In this document: positions 1-13,027 of the stretch, in pieces
Layout: each line of letters starts with the position of its first letter
Numbering within the stretch: position 1 is the stretch's first letter
DNA from: Selaginella moellendorffii
Taxonomy: Eukaryota > Plantae > Lycopodiophyta
Reading direction: 5' to 3'
DNA: 64,000 nucleotides
NCBI RefSeq assembly: GCF_000143415.4
Contig: NW_003314279.1
Location: 1,478,457-1,542,456 of the forward strand
The notes under the pieces: generated by a model
Database searches by the model: none
Seen by the model: the letters and a program-made list of their open reading frames with translations, nothing else
Told to the model about the DNA's origin: nothing
Position numbers and translations under genes: made by a program

Positions 1-556
1 CGCGGAGCTATTCTTCTGCCAAGGTGGACAGCAAAGGTCTCCTGCTGAATGCAGCAAATTCTTCGAATCAGCACCGTGATCAACTGAAATGAACAAGAAG
101 CTCCTACTTACTTGTAGTTTATTCACATCAATATCCATTTTGTAGAGTCGTTTTCAGCGCAGAAGCCTGCCATAATTCATACACCAGACGGCATGCAGAC
201 CGATGCCATGCCAGAGTCAAGGAATACCAGCTGTCGGTAATAGAGAGCATTCATAAACCAAAACCAAAAACCACCTGCGTGCGAATGAATAATCCATTTA
301 AGTTGTACAAAAAAGCTTACTTGTCTTGCCTTCAAACACCAGACAAACGACCAAGGTAGTGAGCACGACACAAGCAAAGAACCTGGCATACCTGAAAAAA
401 ATAGCTCGAGCTTCCGTCCCCGCAAAAAACTTTGTCCTAAAACACAAGCAAACCTGTGCTAGCAATTTAAAAAATAGCACTTTTGTGCTCCAAAGAATGG
501 ATGCAGACCTCATGGCTTATTCTGGAGAAGCACCAGTAATGAAAAAAAAAAATCTT

Positions 557-2406
557 CTAACCTACTTCCCGCAAGCGAACCTGTTCGCCATCCCCAAAAT
601 AAGTTCTATGCTTGTAAGGATCCCGCCAGCACTCGTCTTCTTTGACAGCATTCCGCCACCGTTGGGAAAAAATATTGAGCTCGGCGAAGGAACGCTTGCG
701 AACCTGTCCAAAACCGTTCTGCATCATCACTTTTAAAATGGAACCAGGAACTCACCTCTGATCTTGCATCGGTTCCAGACCCCAGGCTTGCCTGCAATGT
801 ATATTTGATGTTAAAGAACTTGCGAAATACACAGGACGATTCTCATAGAATAGCACATTTGACTTGCTTACCTTACTCTTTGCTGGACCGCCTAAAGAAG
901 GAATGCCTCTGTGAACAATGTACTCGCTGTCGATTACTCCAACGCTCTTGGACCGGTCTCCCTGCCGTAAACGTAGCTGTGAAGCATTGTAAGGAGGGAC
1001 AGAAGTATACCTTTACACAATAACCAAGCTTGAAGTCCATTCCCCATCCGTGAACCAAGTCGTTCTGAAAAGACGTAGGTTAAGAACCTGAAGCTTATAT
1101 GTATTAGAGACACACAGACCTGGATGAGGTGCCAGACACATTTCCATGCATCTCGTGTAAAAACAGGGGCCATGCCTTCGACCCAGCTGAAAGGAAAAAT
1201 TCAGGAAGAGAATGAAGAGCTTTTTGCATACCCTGTACATGGTGGATCTGTGCTGTTCTCAAAACACAATGTCCCAGTCCCTTTGGGCTTTAAACTCCTC
1301 CTACAAAAGCGAAGGAAATATTTGAGCCACCAAAGCATTATATATACGTACCTGTGTACCCTGTATCTCTTGCTGCGAATTGTTATACGATGGTGGACTT
1401 CCGACGCGTTGGGCTCTAGAGCAGGCTGTGAAATTTCTAGACGCTCGTACTTCATAATGGCCAAATATCTATAGACCAGAGAAGAGAAAACAAGAAACCA
1501 AATAAGTTAGCAGAAGACGTGACTCAGGCGCTCACCTATCAACATGAAAATTTTCGACACCGAGATCTTCGTCCCAGACAAAAATGTACTCATACGGATC
1601 AACAATATCAGGGTGTAAAAAGCGCTTAGCGAACCACCTGTAGGCAGCCCGTCAAATTGACTCTAGGGCTCTATCGATACGTACCACTTTGTTTGATTTA
1701 TTGCTACAACATGGATGGCACGACTACTCCAAGGTAACTCGTTCCACTTGTCCACGACACCGTCATAGTGAAACAGCATGATTGTGAAGTTGTGAGCGAG
1801 AAACTGCAAAGTTACACGGGGTCAGGACAACATCAGGAAAACGCAATGGATCAACAACAACCTTCTGGACAATTCGGTCCACATAACGCTTCTGCTTTAT
1901 GCCAGCCGCTACAGCGAGTAGCCCGTTGGGAACCTAAGAAAAGCTTGGCTATTGTTTGATCTCGGTCAATAACAGCACACACTACCTTCTTCCTGGAAAC
2001 TCTTCCCAGCGGCTGGACCTCGAAGTTCGATGTTTGCTGGACAATTCCTCTCGGTAGTAAATCCTTTCCACTGCGCGGCCGATCCTCGCATGTTTCGAAC
2101 AGTTCGGCCTGCCAAGCCAAGGATCAGAACATCCACAAGAGACACTCTAAAAGAATAAAAAAACCTGAATTTGAGGCTGTCCTATGACACCGACTCTTCT
2201 CCATTTCCAAAAGCTCTGCGAAACAAACAACCATAGCAAAAGAAAACTTGGAGAAAGAAGAAGAGATAGGAAGAACATACCCTTGGAAATGGATCGACGA
2301 TAAAGTTGCTGAAGATAAAGAGGGTGAACACGAGGAACGATAGCACCAAGAAAATGGACTTGGTTCTACACAATCGAAGGCGTGATTTCCCACACTCATG
2401 CTGCAT
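557..2406 (-). CDS. DUF707 family type II membrane protein (multi-exon)
   Basis: Spliced exons read IFLVLSFLVFTLFIF (TM), LLPRGIV, LLAVAAGIKQK, FTIMLFHYDGVVDKW, WFAKRFLHPDIVDPYEYIFVWDEDLGVENF, LEISQPALEP, WVEGMAPVFTRDAWKCVWHLIQ, NDLVHGWGMDFKLGYC and VRKRSFAELNIFSQRW, all DUF707 motifs. Terminal boundaries are approximate. Confidence 0.9.
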
Positions 2407-3193
2407 CTTCACGTCGGCCTAGCAACAAAGGCGTCACGTTAGATCGATCGACATTTCGTGTAGCAAGAAAAGAAGGGAAAAAGAAAGCAGAAAACACTAC
2501 CAAGTCCTCGAAATCTCTATGCTGCGATGAGTAATTCTTTTCCATCTGAGCCTTGGGCGTGCTGCGCAGCTTGCCACCGCCGCTCCCTTTCATGGAATCC
2601 GACCAGCATTCCCTAGCGCCGCTGCCACGCCCCTGCTCACGCTGCGATCGCGCACATTCCCTTGCTCCACCACTTCAAATTCGAGCTATCCGTTTGCTCG
2701 GCATTATCTGCCCTACATTCGCGGCCGCGAATTCCCCCAAGAAATCAGTGAATCCACCGATGCGCTGCTCGATCTAGCGCATCCCCACTCCCATTCTATT
2801 ACCCTAATCTACGCGCATCGCCGGCTTTGCGACACCAAAACAAAGGCACTGGAGCTCTCCCGTCTTAAACGAAAACCATAACGAAAAGAACACAGAGCAA
2901 AGCGCCCACCCTAGAGTTTCCCCAACACCCCGCGGTCGGGCCAAGAAATGCCGGAGACTTATAAGCCGGGCGCACCGACCACTCTATAACCTCACACACG
3001 ACGGGACCTTTTTCCTCCGCCGCGATAGAAACGTTTAGCGTTGTCAGCCGACCCGGTCTAAAAATCACCGTGAAAGTCGCTTTTACCTGACACAGCGGTG
3101 GGACACGTGGCGAGCGGCGGAAAATGTTGCTGACGGGATTCGAGCGCGAGACCTGGCTGGAAGCTGTCATCGCCGGGAAAGATTCTAGGGCTT

Positions 3194-4080
3194 ATGGCGA
3201 TGGCGATTATCATCCAGCTGCTCGGCATTACATCCGCGCTGGCGATCGTTGCCGTGTGCCAGTTCCCAATCCCCCGCCGGTACGATGGATTCGCTTTCGG
3301 CAGCTATGGCGGCGTCCAGGAGCCGATTCTGGTGGAGGCCTTCTTCGATCCGCTGTGCCCCGATAGCAAGGATTCGTGGCCGGCGATCAAGCAGGTTGCG
3401 GAGGAGTATGGCTCGGAAGTGAAATTTATTGTCCATCCCTTTGCGCTTCCGTAAGTAACACTCTTGGTCTCTTGGACGGCAGAGAGATTCTCGTTTGTCT
3501 TGTTTCCAAGCATAGGTACCACCACCAGTCGTTCCTTTCGGTGAGAGCGCTCCACATTGCGAATCATCTCAACGCGTCTCTCACGTACCCTTTGTTGGAC
3601 TTGATCTTCGAGCACCAGGTTGGTTCTCTTATATTTATTTATTTTGTTCTTGTTCTTGATCTCTTTCGAATGTTTCGATGGTGACGAATTGATTAGGAAG
3701 AGTTTTCCAACGCGAACACTGGTGACAAAACAGCGTCGACGGTGATCGACGAGTTTTCCAGCCTGTTCGCGTCGCAGTTTGGCAGTGGCAACGAGGCGAA
3801 GAGCATTTTCAAGCAGGGATTCTATGACTCCTCCACTGATCAGGCGGGGCGCATCTCTTTCAAGGTAGACAAGAAGCTTTGATTGTCATGGCAAGAAAAC
3901 TAAAGTCTTCGCGTACCTTTCACGCAGTATGGATGCTCGAGAGGCGTGACAGGCACACCGGTGTTTTTCGTCAATGGTGTTCCTCTCAGCAATGTAGATG
4001 CGAGCTGGGGAATCGACGAGTGGGCCAACATTCTCGATCCGCTGCTAGCAACTGGGCCTGGAATGAACGCATTTGGATGA
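3194..4080 (+). CDS. Secreted thioredoxin/DsbA-fold protein (CPDS motif), 4 exons
   Basis: Signal peptide, then VEAFFDPLCPDS, FIVHPFALP|YHHQSF and YGCSRGVTGTPVFFVNG. GT-AG introns; stop TGA at 4078-4080. Confidence 0.9.
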
Positions 4081-4111
4081 ACTAGCACGGTAAGATGTAT
4101 TGAAGACTACC

Positions 4112-5115
4112 TTAGAAGATTGGCATATGGACTTCTCTATACTTTCCATTGGTCGAGCATATGGTTCCAGCCTTCTCAAGCTCGTATAGAAGATCCACAA
4201 GCTGCTTTTGATCGCAATCCGAGAAGAAGGCAGCAATCTCCAGAAGCGATGCCTGTAAAAAACGCTTGCTTATAGCCACGAATGTAAATCATTCTCGTTA
4301 CCCCGTCTCTATCTCGAAGAAGATCCATGAGGCCTTGATCCAGTAACACCACCTTGCCTTGCGAAACTCTGAAGAACTCTTTCTTGATCTTCCGCGACTT
4401 TTGGAGCTCGGCCGACACAGCACGGAGTGTTTCGAGCTCGTTGGCGGAGTAGCCAGTCTCCGCAGCTGCCACCGCTCTTATATCGTCAAACGAGAAGCCG
4501 CGATCGAGCATAGTACTGCATAGCTGGAGCTGTTCTCTCGTCACCTGGAGAGAAAAAACTTGTGAGCGGCGGCACATCAAGAGCAAGAGATCTACCTTGG
4601 AGCAGGAACTTGAGATCTTATCGAGATAGACGCCTGTTCTAATCTGGCGAGTCCTTGGCAAATACTTGGACACCTCGTTTGCGGCACTGAGATTGAGATT
4701 GACTTCTTTGCACAGCGCTATCCAGTCTACTGGCTTTCCACCATCAATCGCTGCCACAAGGTGGTCCACGACAATCCCTCTGGGAGACTTGATTTTCTCC
4801 TGCGAGAAGGAAAACGAACAGCAGTCCTTTCTTGCCACGCAAAAATCTCTACTCACAGCGATAGCATCCAGCGAGAGGCCACCGAATTGCCAGAATTTCC
4901 AGACTTCCTCTGAGCTAACGGTGATCGCCTGTTAGCCGCATTATCAAATCCCTTCAAGAAATCCTTCCTACACCCACCTGTTGAGAGCTTCTTCGTGCCA
5001 AAGCGACGTTTACACTGCGAGCGCAAGCGCTGCCAATGCTTACTCCAGAGAATCTCCCCGCGCCGGACGGCCATGCCATTCTCCTGGCAATCATCGTCAC
5101 GGCAGCTCGGATCAT
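4112..5115 (-). CDS. 265-aa protein: organelle-type presequence + HTH_40 (RecQ/WRN C-terminal) + C-terminal winged helix
   Basis: Exons 5115-4978, 4928-4857, 4799-4596, 4544-4302 and 4252-4112, all phase-0 GT-AG. Reads VWKFWQFGGLSLDAIAEK...VVDHLVAAIDGGKPVDWIALCKEV and ends DGASLLEIAAFF...LVDLLYELEKAGTICSTNGKYREV. Confidence 0.75.
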
Positions 5116-5377
5116 CCCCCACCCCAAAACCCTAGCTCATGGTTTTTCAAATATCAATCTTCTAGATCGACGGCGGAATGTTCACTGGAATCGACGGCTG
5201 AGATCGCTCCCTGGTAAACCTAACAGAATTTTCTGCTGGCATTCCTTCTTGCTATGGCGGCGGGCGGCGGGCCTCGGGCCGCGAGGGCGAGAGAGCAGCT
5301 GTAGAACAATTTAGGGCAGGGAGGTCCCATGAGAGGGCGCCGCGAGAATGCGTGAAACATGGTTCTAGGGCTGAAGA

Positions 5378-6476
5378 ATGCCGCCGAAGAAGAAAGGGAA
5401 GAAAGGCAAGAAGGGAAAGAAGAAGAAGAAGGAGCCCAAGCACGACGCTGGCTGGCAAAAGGTATGGAAGCGATCTCCTTCCCTGGTAGAATCTCAGCTT
5501 TTGTTGCTTCGCCCAGGCTTTGATCAATGGGAAATGGGAGAGGCCTTTGGAAGCTCTTCCTGACCCTTTCCTCTGGCCGAGCTTTGGCGAGATCCGAGAG
5601 AAAATCCTCTTGAGTAGCCATCTGGTAAGAGCGAAAGCATCGGTGCTTGATCGGTCCAATCCAACTTCATCCCGCAGATAAGCATTTTGTGGAGCGGATC
5701 TATTCACGACGATTTCATCCTAGAGCTTCTCAAAGTTCCTCGGCCAAACCTGGTGAGCATTCTCCTTGTGATCTTGTCTTATAGATTGTGCTCAAAGCTA
5801 AGAGAATCGTTTTTTCACCAGCCAGACTACGCTTGAACTGAGGGGCACCAAATACTTAACAAGATTTGTCATGTCCCCTCCATCAGTGTGCCCGGTGCTG
5901 GAAACTCTCGACCTCGCTTGTTGTCCCATCCTAGAGTACGTGCTCATCGAGGTAATGAATGTCTCCTATCATTCATAGCTTTGGATCGATCAAACTTTAA
6001 CTTTGAATCGATCAAACCTTCCGATCTCTTGGCAGTCGACGAGCCTGGAATCCGTGTCCTTCAAACGCTGCGTTTCTCTCAACAAAGCCCTCTTGAACGC
6101 CAAGAAGCTCAAGCAAATCGATCTCCACGAGACCGGTCAGCTGGACTGCTTGATGTTATGGAGTGATGCCATCGAAGAGCTTCACTTCTTCTGCAAGGAG
6201 ATGACCCAGCTCGAGCTCTGCTGTCCAAAGCTCACAAGAGTGCAAAGACCATCGATCAAGGTACTCGATGGACGTTTCTTGTTCTTCATCTCTTTTCTCT
6301 TTTGTTCTTCGTTTTTTCAGGTAATACCACCCTTGTATCCTGTTCATCCGTCAGTTCTAGACATAGTTCGGGTTGACAACGCTCCCAGAGCGAAGGAGTA
6401 CAGCCATCCTTTTGTGATAGAGGAGTACAAACCTTACGCGAGGAGCCCTTTCATACCTCAGGCGATTTTGCTGTGA
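5378..6476 (+). CDS. 257-aa protein with Lys-rich N-terminus and degenerate LRR-like repeats, 6 exons
   Basis: Exons 5378-5461, 5517-5624, 5678-5752, 5826-5951, 6036-6260 and 6321-6476, all in phase. Starts MPPKKKGKKGKKGKKKKKEPK; repeats LTTLELRG, CPVLETLDLACC, LESVSFKRC, LKQIDL and CPKLTRV. Confidence 0.8.
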
Positions 6477-7502
6477 GGCTTTTTTTTTTTTTTTGTTTTT
6501 TCTTCCTACTTCGTGTTGCTGTGGATAGAAAAAAAACCACTCTTGTTCATGCTTTGCTATTTCCATTTTCCATTTCATGCTATAGATGCCCGCACTGGGA
6601 TCTTAGCCTCTTCATACCAATCCATCACTTCATCAAGGCTACTATCAGCCATCAGCAGCAGCAATCATACAGCATTCAGACGAGCGGATCACAACAACTA
6701 GCTGGGATCCACTTCCGTCGCAATGAGCCAGCATCTTTGAGTACCTTCCATCAACCGGCGGCTTCCAGCTAGCAGGGAGAGACCAGACAACATCTTTAGC
6801 AGCCAACATCCCTCTTCATCAACTCCAAACAATCAATGGCCGCCACTAGAAGCTAATAAATCAACTTTGAGGCTATCATCATCATCATCGTTCACTCATC
6901 CATCACGACTATTCATCAAAATATTCTTTTCCGCTTCCATCCATTCAGCCCATCACCATCTTCACTCATCACCGCAATTACCATTACCCGGCAACACATC
7001 CTCATCCATTTCACTTCCTGTGTGGTGTGCTAGACTTCCACTGGACGGGACGGGGGACAGATTGTGTGCACGAGCCACAGGATGGGCAGCAGATCAAGAA
7101 GATGGGCCGAGCACTCTTCCTCCACACCCTTCTTGGTTAAGTGTTTCAACAGCAATAACCATTGCAACTCTTTCATGGTTCACCTGGAAAGCTAAGTGGT
7201 ACTGGTTTACATTTCAAGGTCCAAAAGTTTCACGGCTGCAAAGCTATAGTCCTTGCTTGATTGTCTTAAAATATCGTTAAACAAATTGAATGACGCAGGA
7301 TAACAGTCCTGGTGCTGTGATCCGAGATTCAGGAGTATCTGTCAAGCGTCTCCACGGGCCATGCCTCGTTCATCCAAATCCAGTAAGAAATTCTTGATTT
7401 TTAGTAATAATATCTTGTCATACATCAAACGACGAGGACAGATTAGAATATTTTAGAATATTCTACATTTATCCATTTAGATTAATTTTGTGTATCCAAG
7501 GT

Positions 7503-8090
7503 TTAACTCTTTCCTGGAAGACGTTTTGTGGCACAATCCCTTAAGCCTGCATGGTTGCAAAGCCAAAAGTGAAAGTTTTCAGGGTGTGGTGATCCTTGCA
7601 ATAGTTGCCTCAAAACGATTGAAGCAGAGAAAGAAAAGAGGTAAAAAGAAAAAACACCAAATACTCGTGTCCAGCCCCATGTGTCTATTGCACTCTTGGG
7701 AACGCAAATGGTAACTAAGCCGTTCCAGAGAGACGCTCTCACCTGCTTCATCTCAGCACTGGAGGGAAGCTTAAACTTTGTTTGTTGGAAGATGGTCTTA
7801 ATGACGAGTTCCGGCCCTGTATTGTCCACAATCACTTCCTCTCGTGACAAGCCTGATATTGAAGTTTTCAGGGACATACCTGGAACTTTTGACACAAGAT
7901 GCTTGTTATCTACAATAGTTGCCTTGGGACATTTGCCCGTGGCTGCAGCAGAAAGGGAAAAGAAATTAGCTCGTGAGTGCTGGGAACAGTAATGCAGTAT
8001 CATCCTTTTGGGCATCATGGGCCTCATTGCTAGCACATGCAACATGGCATTGGGAGACTTCATATCGGTGTGCTCACAAGGTGACACCAA
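7503..8090 (-). pseudogene. Divergent alpha-crystallin/HSP20-like domain ORF, possibly decayed
   Basis: SGLSREEVIV...KFKLPSSAEMKQVRASLWNGLVTICVPK matches the ACD beta3 and beta7-9 pattern. It borders CpG-poor repeat-like DNA and its start is unclear. Confidence 0.5.
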
Positions 8091-8099
8091 GGTGATTGA

Positions 8100-11000
8100 G
8101 GATGACCCAGTGGTATGGGAGATGAAGGAGCTAGATATCTACTTTTAGTAGAAATAATTTTAGTAAAACTAATAGAGCCATTTAATAAAACTATAAGTTG
8201 AAATAACATTACTATCATAGATTAGTAGTAACTTTGTTTCATGGTCAGTCTTGTTGCTATCCCATCATTCATAAGACCACAATAATCAATATGTATTAAA
8301 GTAGAGATTCTTGATCACATGATGTGAATATGAAAATTAAGATTATAATTCATTACAAATCATCTATTGGAGATAAGATATTTCGTCCTTGATAACTTTA
8401 TTTGTGGACTCAACTTTGACTAACCTCAAAGCCATATTTTCATTGCCTTCAGTTTAGCCTAAAAAAAGTTCATAATAGAGCACAATGATGATTATTTGAA
8501 CCAATATATTAATTTTTATAGTCTCCAACAAAAATCATGCCTAAGAAAGATCCATTAGTGCCATGTATATACTAGCTATTTACTATTTATAGTAATCTTA
8601 GAGGATGTAGTAATATAGTAATAACTTATGGTAACCACCAATATGCTACCATCAATTCAAAGTGTAACTTTAAATTGCTCATATGACTCACTCAAGACCT
8701 TAATTATAAACTTATACAAATAGTACATATCAAATTCCATCTAATGAGTCCAAGTGAAAGCCATATAATATGGTACAAGATGATATGAAATGGTATATCT
8801 TAGAATATTTGTGAAGCTATAGTTGAGATTAATCTTTTCATACCAAATGTAACACATGTAATGAATTATTAGGATAACCATAAAGTGAAATTTAACTGTT
8901 TAGGCATGACAAATTTAATATATATGGTTTTTACTATACCTTATAATGAGTTACAACCATAAAGCAGAATTTAACCCTTACACTCATGTATTAAAATTAA
9001 TGCAAAATTTAAATTTCAAGGTCTTAAACCACTAAATGAAGGGATAGAATTAAATCCCTAAGTGTAAAATGAAGTATAAGATATAAATCTTTAAGTCCCA
9101 ATACAGATTTAAAAGAAAAATAGTTGAAATAAAAGTTTAATAAGCATAATATGTTTAAACCAAAAGCTCTAACTTGAAAAGTTAAAAGTATAAGTGGAAC
9201 TCCTGAAGAAACACTTGAGAAAGAAGCATAAAGCAATTAATAAATAAGTTTCAAGAAAAAGATTAAAAAAATGATTAAGTATTATAACATATAATAAATG
9301 TCATGAGATATGTTGAATCCAAAGATTTGATGGAATAATCTTGCATCATTAAAAAATCAAGTGTTAAACATATTTAAAGCAAATAGATATATACATAAAA
9401 GGTTTGGTAAGCCCTTATAGGATAGGATTTTAAATGGACTAATATGACAAAATATAATTATACCCATTTAATGATAATATAAACATTAGGAATATAAAAC
9501 TAGAGTAAAAATAGATATGTAAATGGGATAATTTAGTGAAATATTTAAAAACCAACTCTAACTCATTTAAAAGATTAAATAATCAATACTCCCAATACTT
9601 ATTTGATACCTTATATAGCTCATTAAAGCTTTGCTCTAACCATATATTTAAGATACCAAAGGTGGTAAAATATCAATTTAAAGTCCTTGACTATTGAAAG
9701 GAAAAAAAATAATCATTTTGAGTAATTAAGGGTATAGTCATAAAGGTTAATAAGACTTAGTGGATAGGTCTTTAGGCCTTGACATAGTGTTAATAGTGAA
9801 TATTCCTCCATACTTTAGGGCATTATTGAGAAACATTGAAGGCATTTATGAAATGGATAGTTAACAGACATTATTTTTGGGTGTCTTAAGTGGGATTTAG
9901 ATACAAGGAGCATTTAGACAAAATATAAAATCATTATAACTTTAAAACCACCTTTTGGGTGATCGTAAGTACCCTGAGTAAGGATTTAGTGAGTGATAGT
10001 TAAAGATATGGTTAAATGTTTAAAAAATCTTCATTATATGGTTTCACACTACAGAGAGAGAGTTTTTAGTGTGAGTGGAGTCATATTAAGGCTGGTGCAA
10101 TTTTCCAATCAAAATTTCCCCCTTATTTCAAGGTTCTTAAATCTCAATGTCTTCTTCCCAATAAGTGTAAGAACTTATGATTTGGTGCAAAAATGAGCAA
10201 GCTCTTCATTTTTCTCTCTTGTTTCTCTACGCTGGAGTTTTCAAAGTTGAGTTGCTTGGAGTCCTAACATGCAAGCAACTTGTGTATCACAATTCAATAT
10301 AGATTCTTTGACAACTGATTCTTTCAGCATATATTGGTTTGTTTCCTTATTGTGTGTGTTTTGCCCCTAACTTTTGTTTGATGTCTGTTGTTGCCATTTT
10401 CATGTCCATCTGAGTCTCATGAAAATTATTTTCCTCATCATAGGGCAAATTTCCATCTCTTAGAACTTATTTCCTGAGCATAAGTGAGTTCTCTTAGCCT
10501 AATTCATTTCTTTTGACTATCTTTATTGCGTCATCTCTGCATGAACACTTAGATTATCTCCTTGGCCATCATTTGAGCCAAATCGTAAGTAAATCAAGAC
10601 GTGCTTTTTGCAAAGGAAGCCTTCATCCTCTCTTTGGGGCATCTTTCTCCTTTCATGCCAGATGTGGTTTCGATAGCTAGCAACCATTTAATTTTATTGC
10701 TGGTTGATAAACCAGCAATACAGTTAAACAGTATAAAAGTATATTTGGCAGTTCAAGTAGCATTAGAATAGATCTCCAACGTCACAGAGCAAACCATGGT
10801 TGCTACCTTCATCCAGGGACTAAAGTTGCTTTCAAAAGGAAGCACATTAAATGCCTTATTGCATTTGCCTATGTAGAGGATGTTAAGAAGGAGTTATTCT
10901 TCACCCTCAGTGTCTCTCAAGTTGCCCAAGCACCACCCAATCATCTCATGGAGCACACAGTCACAATAGCAGTTGCCAACTAACCCCAAAACCTGTCAAA

Positions 11001-12900
11001 GGACAAAATGGCACTCATACTTGAATCTGCAATCACACAATGACCTGCTCAAGTGCCAGCAGCAGCAACAGACTGCCATCTTGGAGGAGCTTAAGGCAAT
11101 GTGGCTTCAATAACATCAAGTTATGTTGCGAGGCAAATATCCATTTGATTGCACAATGCTACTGCTTTCAACCTGAGTTTCGATCTCCTAGGACTCAACG
11201 TGTCCAACTCCACACTTCGGCTATCTCAAGATGGGTACCATTAGCAGCTCCAACAGCTCGCAATTGAGGCACCTCCATCCACAACCAAAGACATCAACAC
11301 ATCAACACTATCAATAAGGAAGCACTCACAGCTATAACTCAAGTTTAGAGGAAGTGAATGGCCCTAGACATCAATGGAGAGCACGACTCAATTGCTCCAA
11401 AAGGTCCAAGTCTAGTCATGGCATGCCTTCAAATTGGCATTTGCTGGATCACCTTTAGTTGAAGCTGATTCTTCTCAAAAATTCATAGAATCTTCTCCAG
11501 GTTTGACTCCCATGCCTTCATTGCCATCATGTCCTCTCCCAGATGACATTAGGCAATAGCTCCTATTCAGTTCAGTGCAACTTTCTCTTGCCAGATTGAT
11601 CCCAGGCTTCGGACAGCAGTTGGAAACTATTGCTTGTTCAGGTCATCCTTTGATTCATGCTGGCCAGGAGATACATATCATGGATACCATAGCATCCCCA
11701 GGAGCTTTTGTGGCATCTATCACAGATGTTGTCACAGTTGAGGCACCTTGGACTCTAGATCTGGGAACAACAAGATCTCTTTGGCATTGGCTCCAGATCC
11801 AGGACAACACATCTATCATCCTCAAGACTTTTGCACATCATACAGTGATCCTGGCCACCAAGTGTCAATCACGGTTCAAAGGATCTCATCTCACATGGAT
11901 GTCAAGCCTTTCCTCAAGGACTTGTAACTCTGGGACGCTCATGGCACCTTCAAGCAAATGCTGAGATGTGGAATGATGTGAATCAGTGACAACATCAGCA
12001 ATGCAGAGCTCTACAATATCCATGGCCATCGTTTGATGGGGGGGAAGGTTCTTGCTCCAAGATCAGAGATTCTTAATCCAACATCCACAATTCCTCCTCC
12101 TACTCCACCACCAGTACCTGCTCCTTCAGTTATTGTTCCAACTCCAGCTCAACCTCGCACTGTTTTTCCAGCGGAGTTAGCGTCTTCCCTGAGCTCCCAT
12201 CACTTGACAAATGGAGGTATTCAGCATCCATGCTTTTGATATATCCAGCATTGCTCCAGTTCTATACTGCTAACAGTCAACGCAAGATTCAACCAAGATT
12301 CTCGAGATTTACAAAATGCCCAAGGTGGCAGAACTCGACTGGATGGCTTTACCATGGCTCTTCCTTTAGTCAGAGAAGCAGCCAAGCAGCTGTTCATCAC
12401 TTATCACCAATCTCAACAACACTCTGAGCTCAGCCATGCAGAAAAAGGTGGCAACTTATTAACACCAGTGCCAACTTCCTTTGAGGGCTCAGCTTCCTCA
12501 CAAGACTCAGCAATATCCAGCGAGATCCAGCTCTGCAGTTTCCCGAGGCGAATGCCCACCAACATCAACCAGGCCCGGAAACTTCGACAGATCCATTCCC
12601 GGCCTACTCCAGGACTTCGACCTCCTGGACTCATCACATCAGGCTCAAGCATCTACCTTCACCGCCATCTTTGAGTGGCGAGGCTTCTCTTTTCTCTTTT
12701 CAGTTTTTTTTTTTTTTTCCCCTTTCTTCTCTTGATTTCACTCTTTTTCTCTTCCATTCCAGGACATACTTCCTCATGACAACAAGTTCCAGCTTGGGCT
12801 TTAGTCACGAGGTGGCGTCAACTCTGATCGTATGGGAGCTCATTCATTCCTCACTTCACTTCATTCCATTCACATCCTTCTCCATTCATATCACATCAGA
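8100..12900. mobile_element. Decayed AT-rich, CpG-poor transposon-like region, family not identified
   Basis: Abrupt compositional shift, only short stop-riddled ORFs and no coherent exon chain. No diagnostic domain recognised. Confidence 0.45.
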
Positions 12901-13027
12901 CTCACACAAATCACCCAAGAAGTTCTCAGTGGATGTTTAAGTACACCTTTAGCTCGAAAGCAACTCGCCATAGCTCGCAAGATCGCCAATCTGGACGGAA
13001 GAACAAAAGCACAAGGAGCACGAATCG

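Noticed and set aside
1-513. Possible further minus-strand gene (hydrophobic ORF 298-513; open frame from ATG 138 off the window edge)
   Set aside because: I could not build a consistent exon chain or recognise a family, and it is cut by the window edge.
6480-7300. Poly-T tract and His/Ser-rich ORFs, suggesting a LINE tail or small gene
   Set aside because: Low complexity, no RT or endonuclease motif, and no target-site duplication found.
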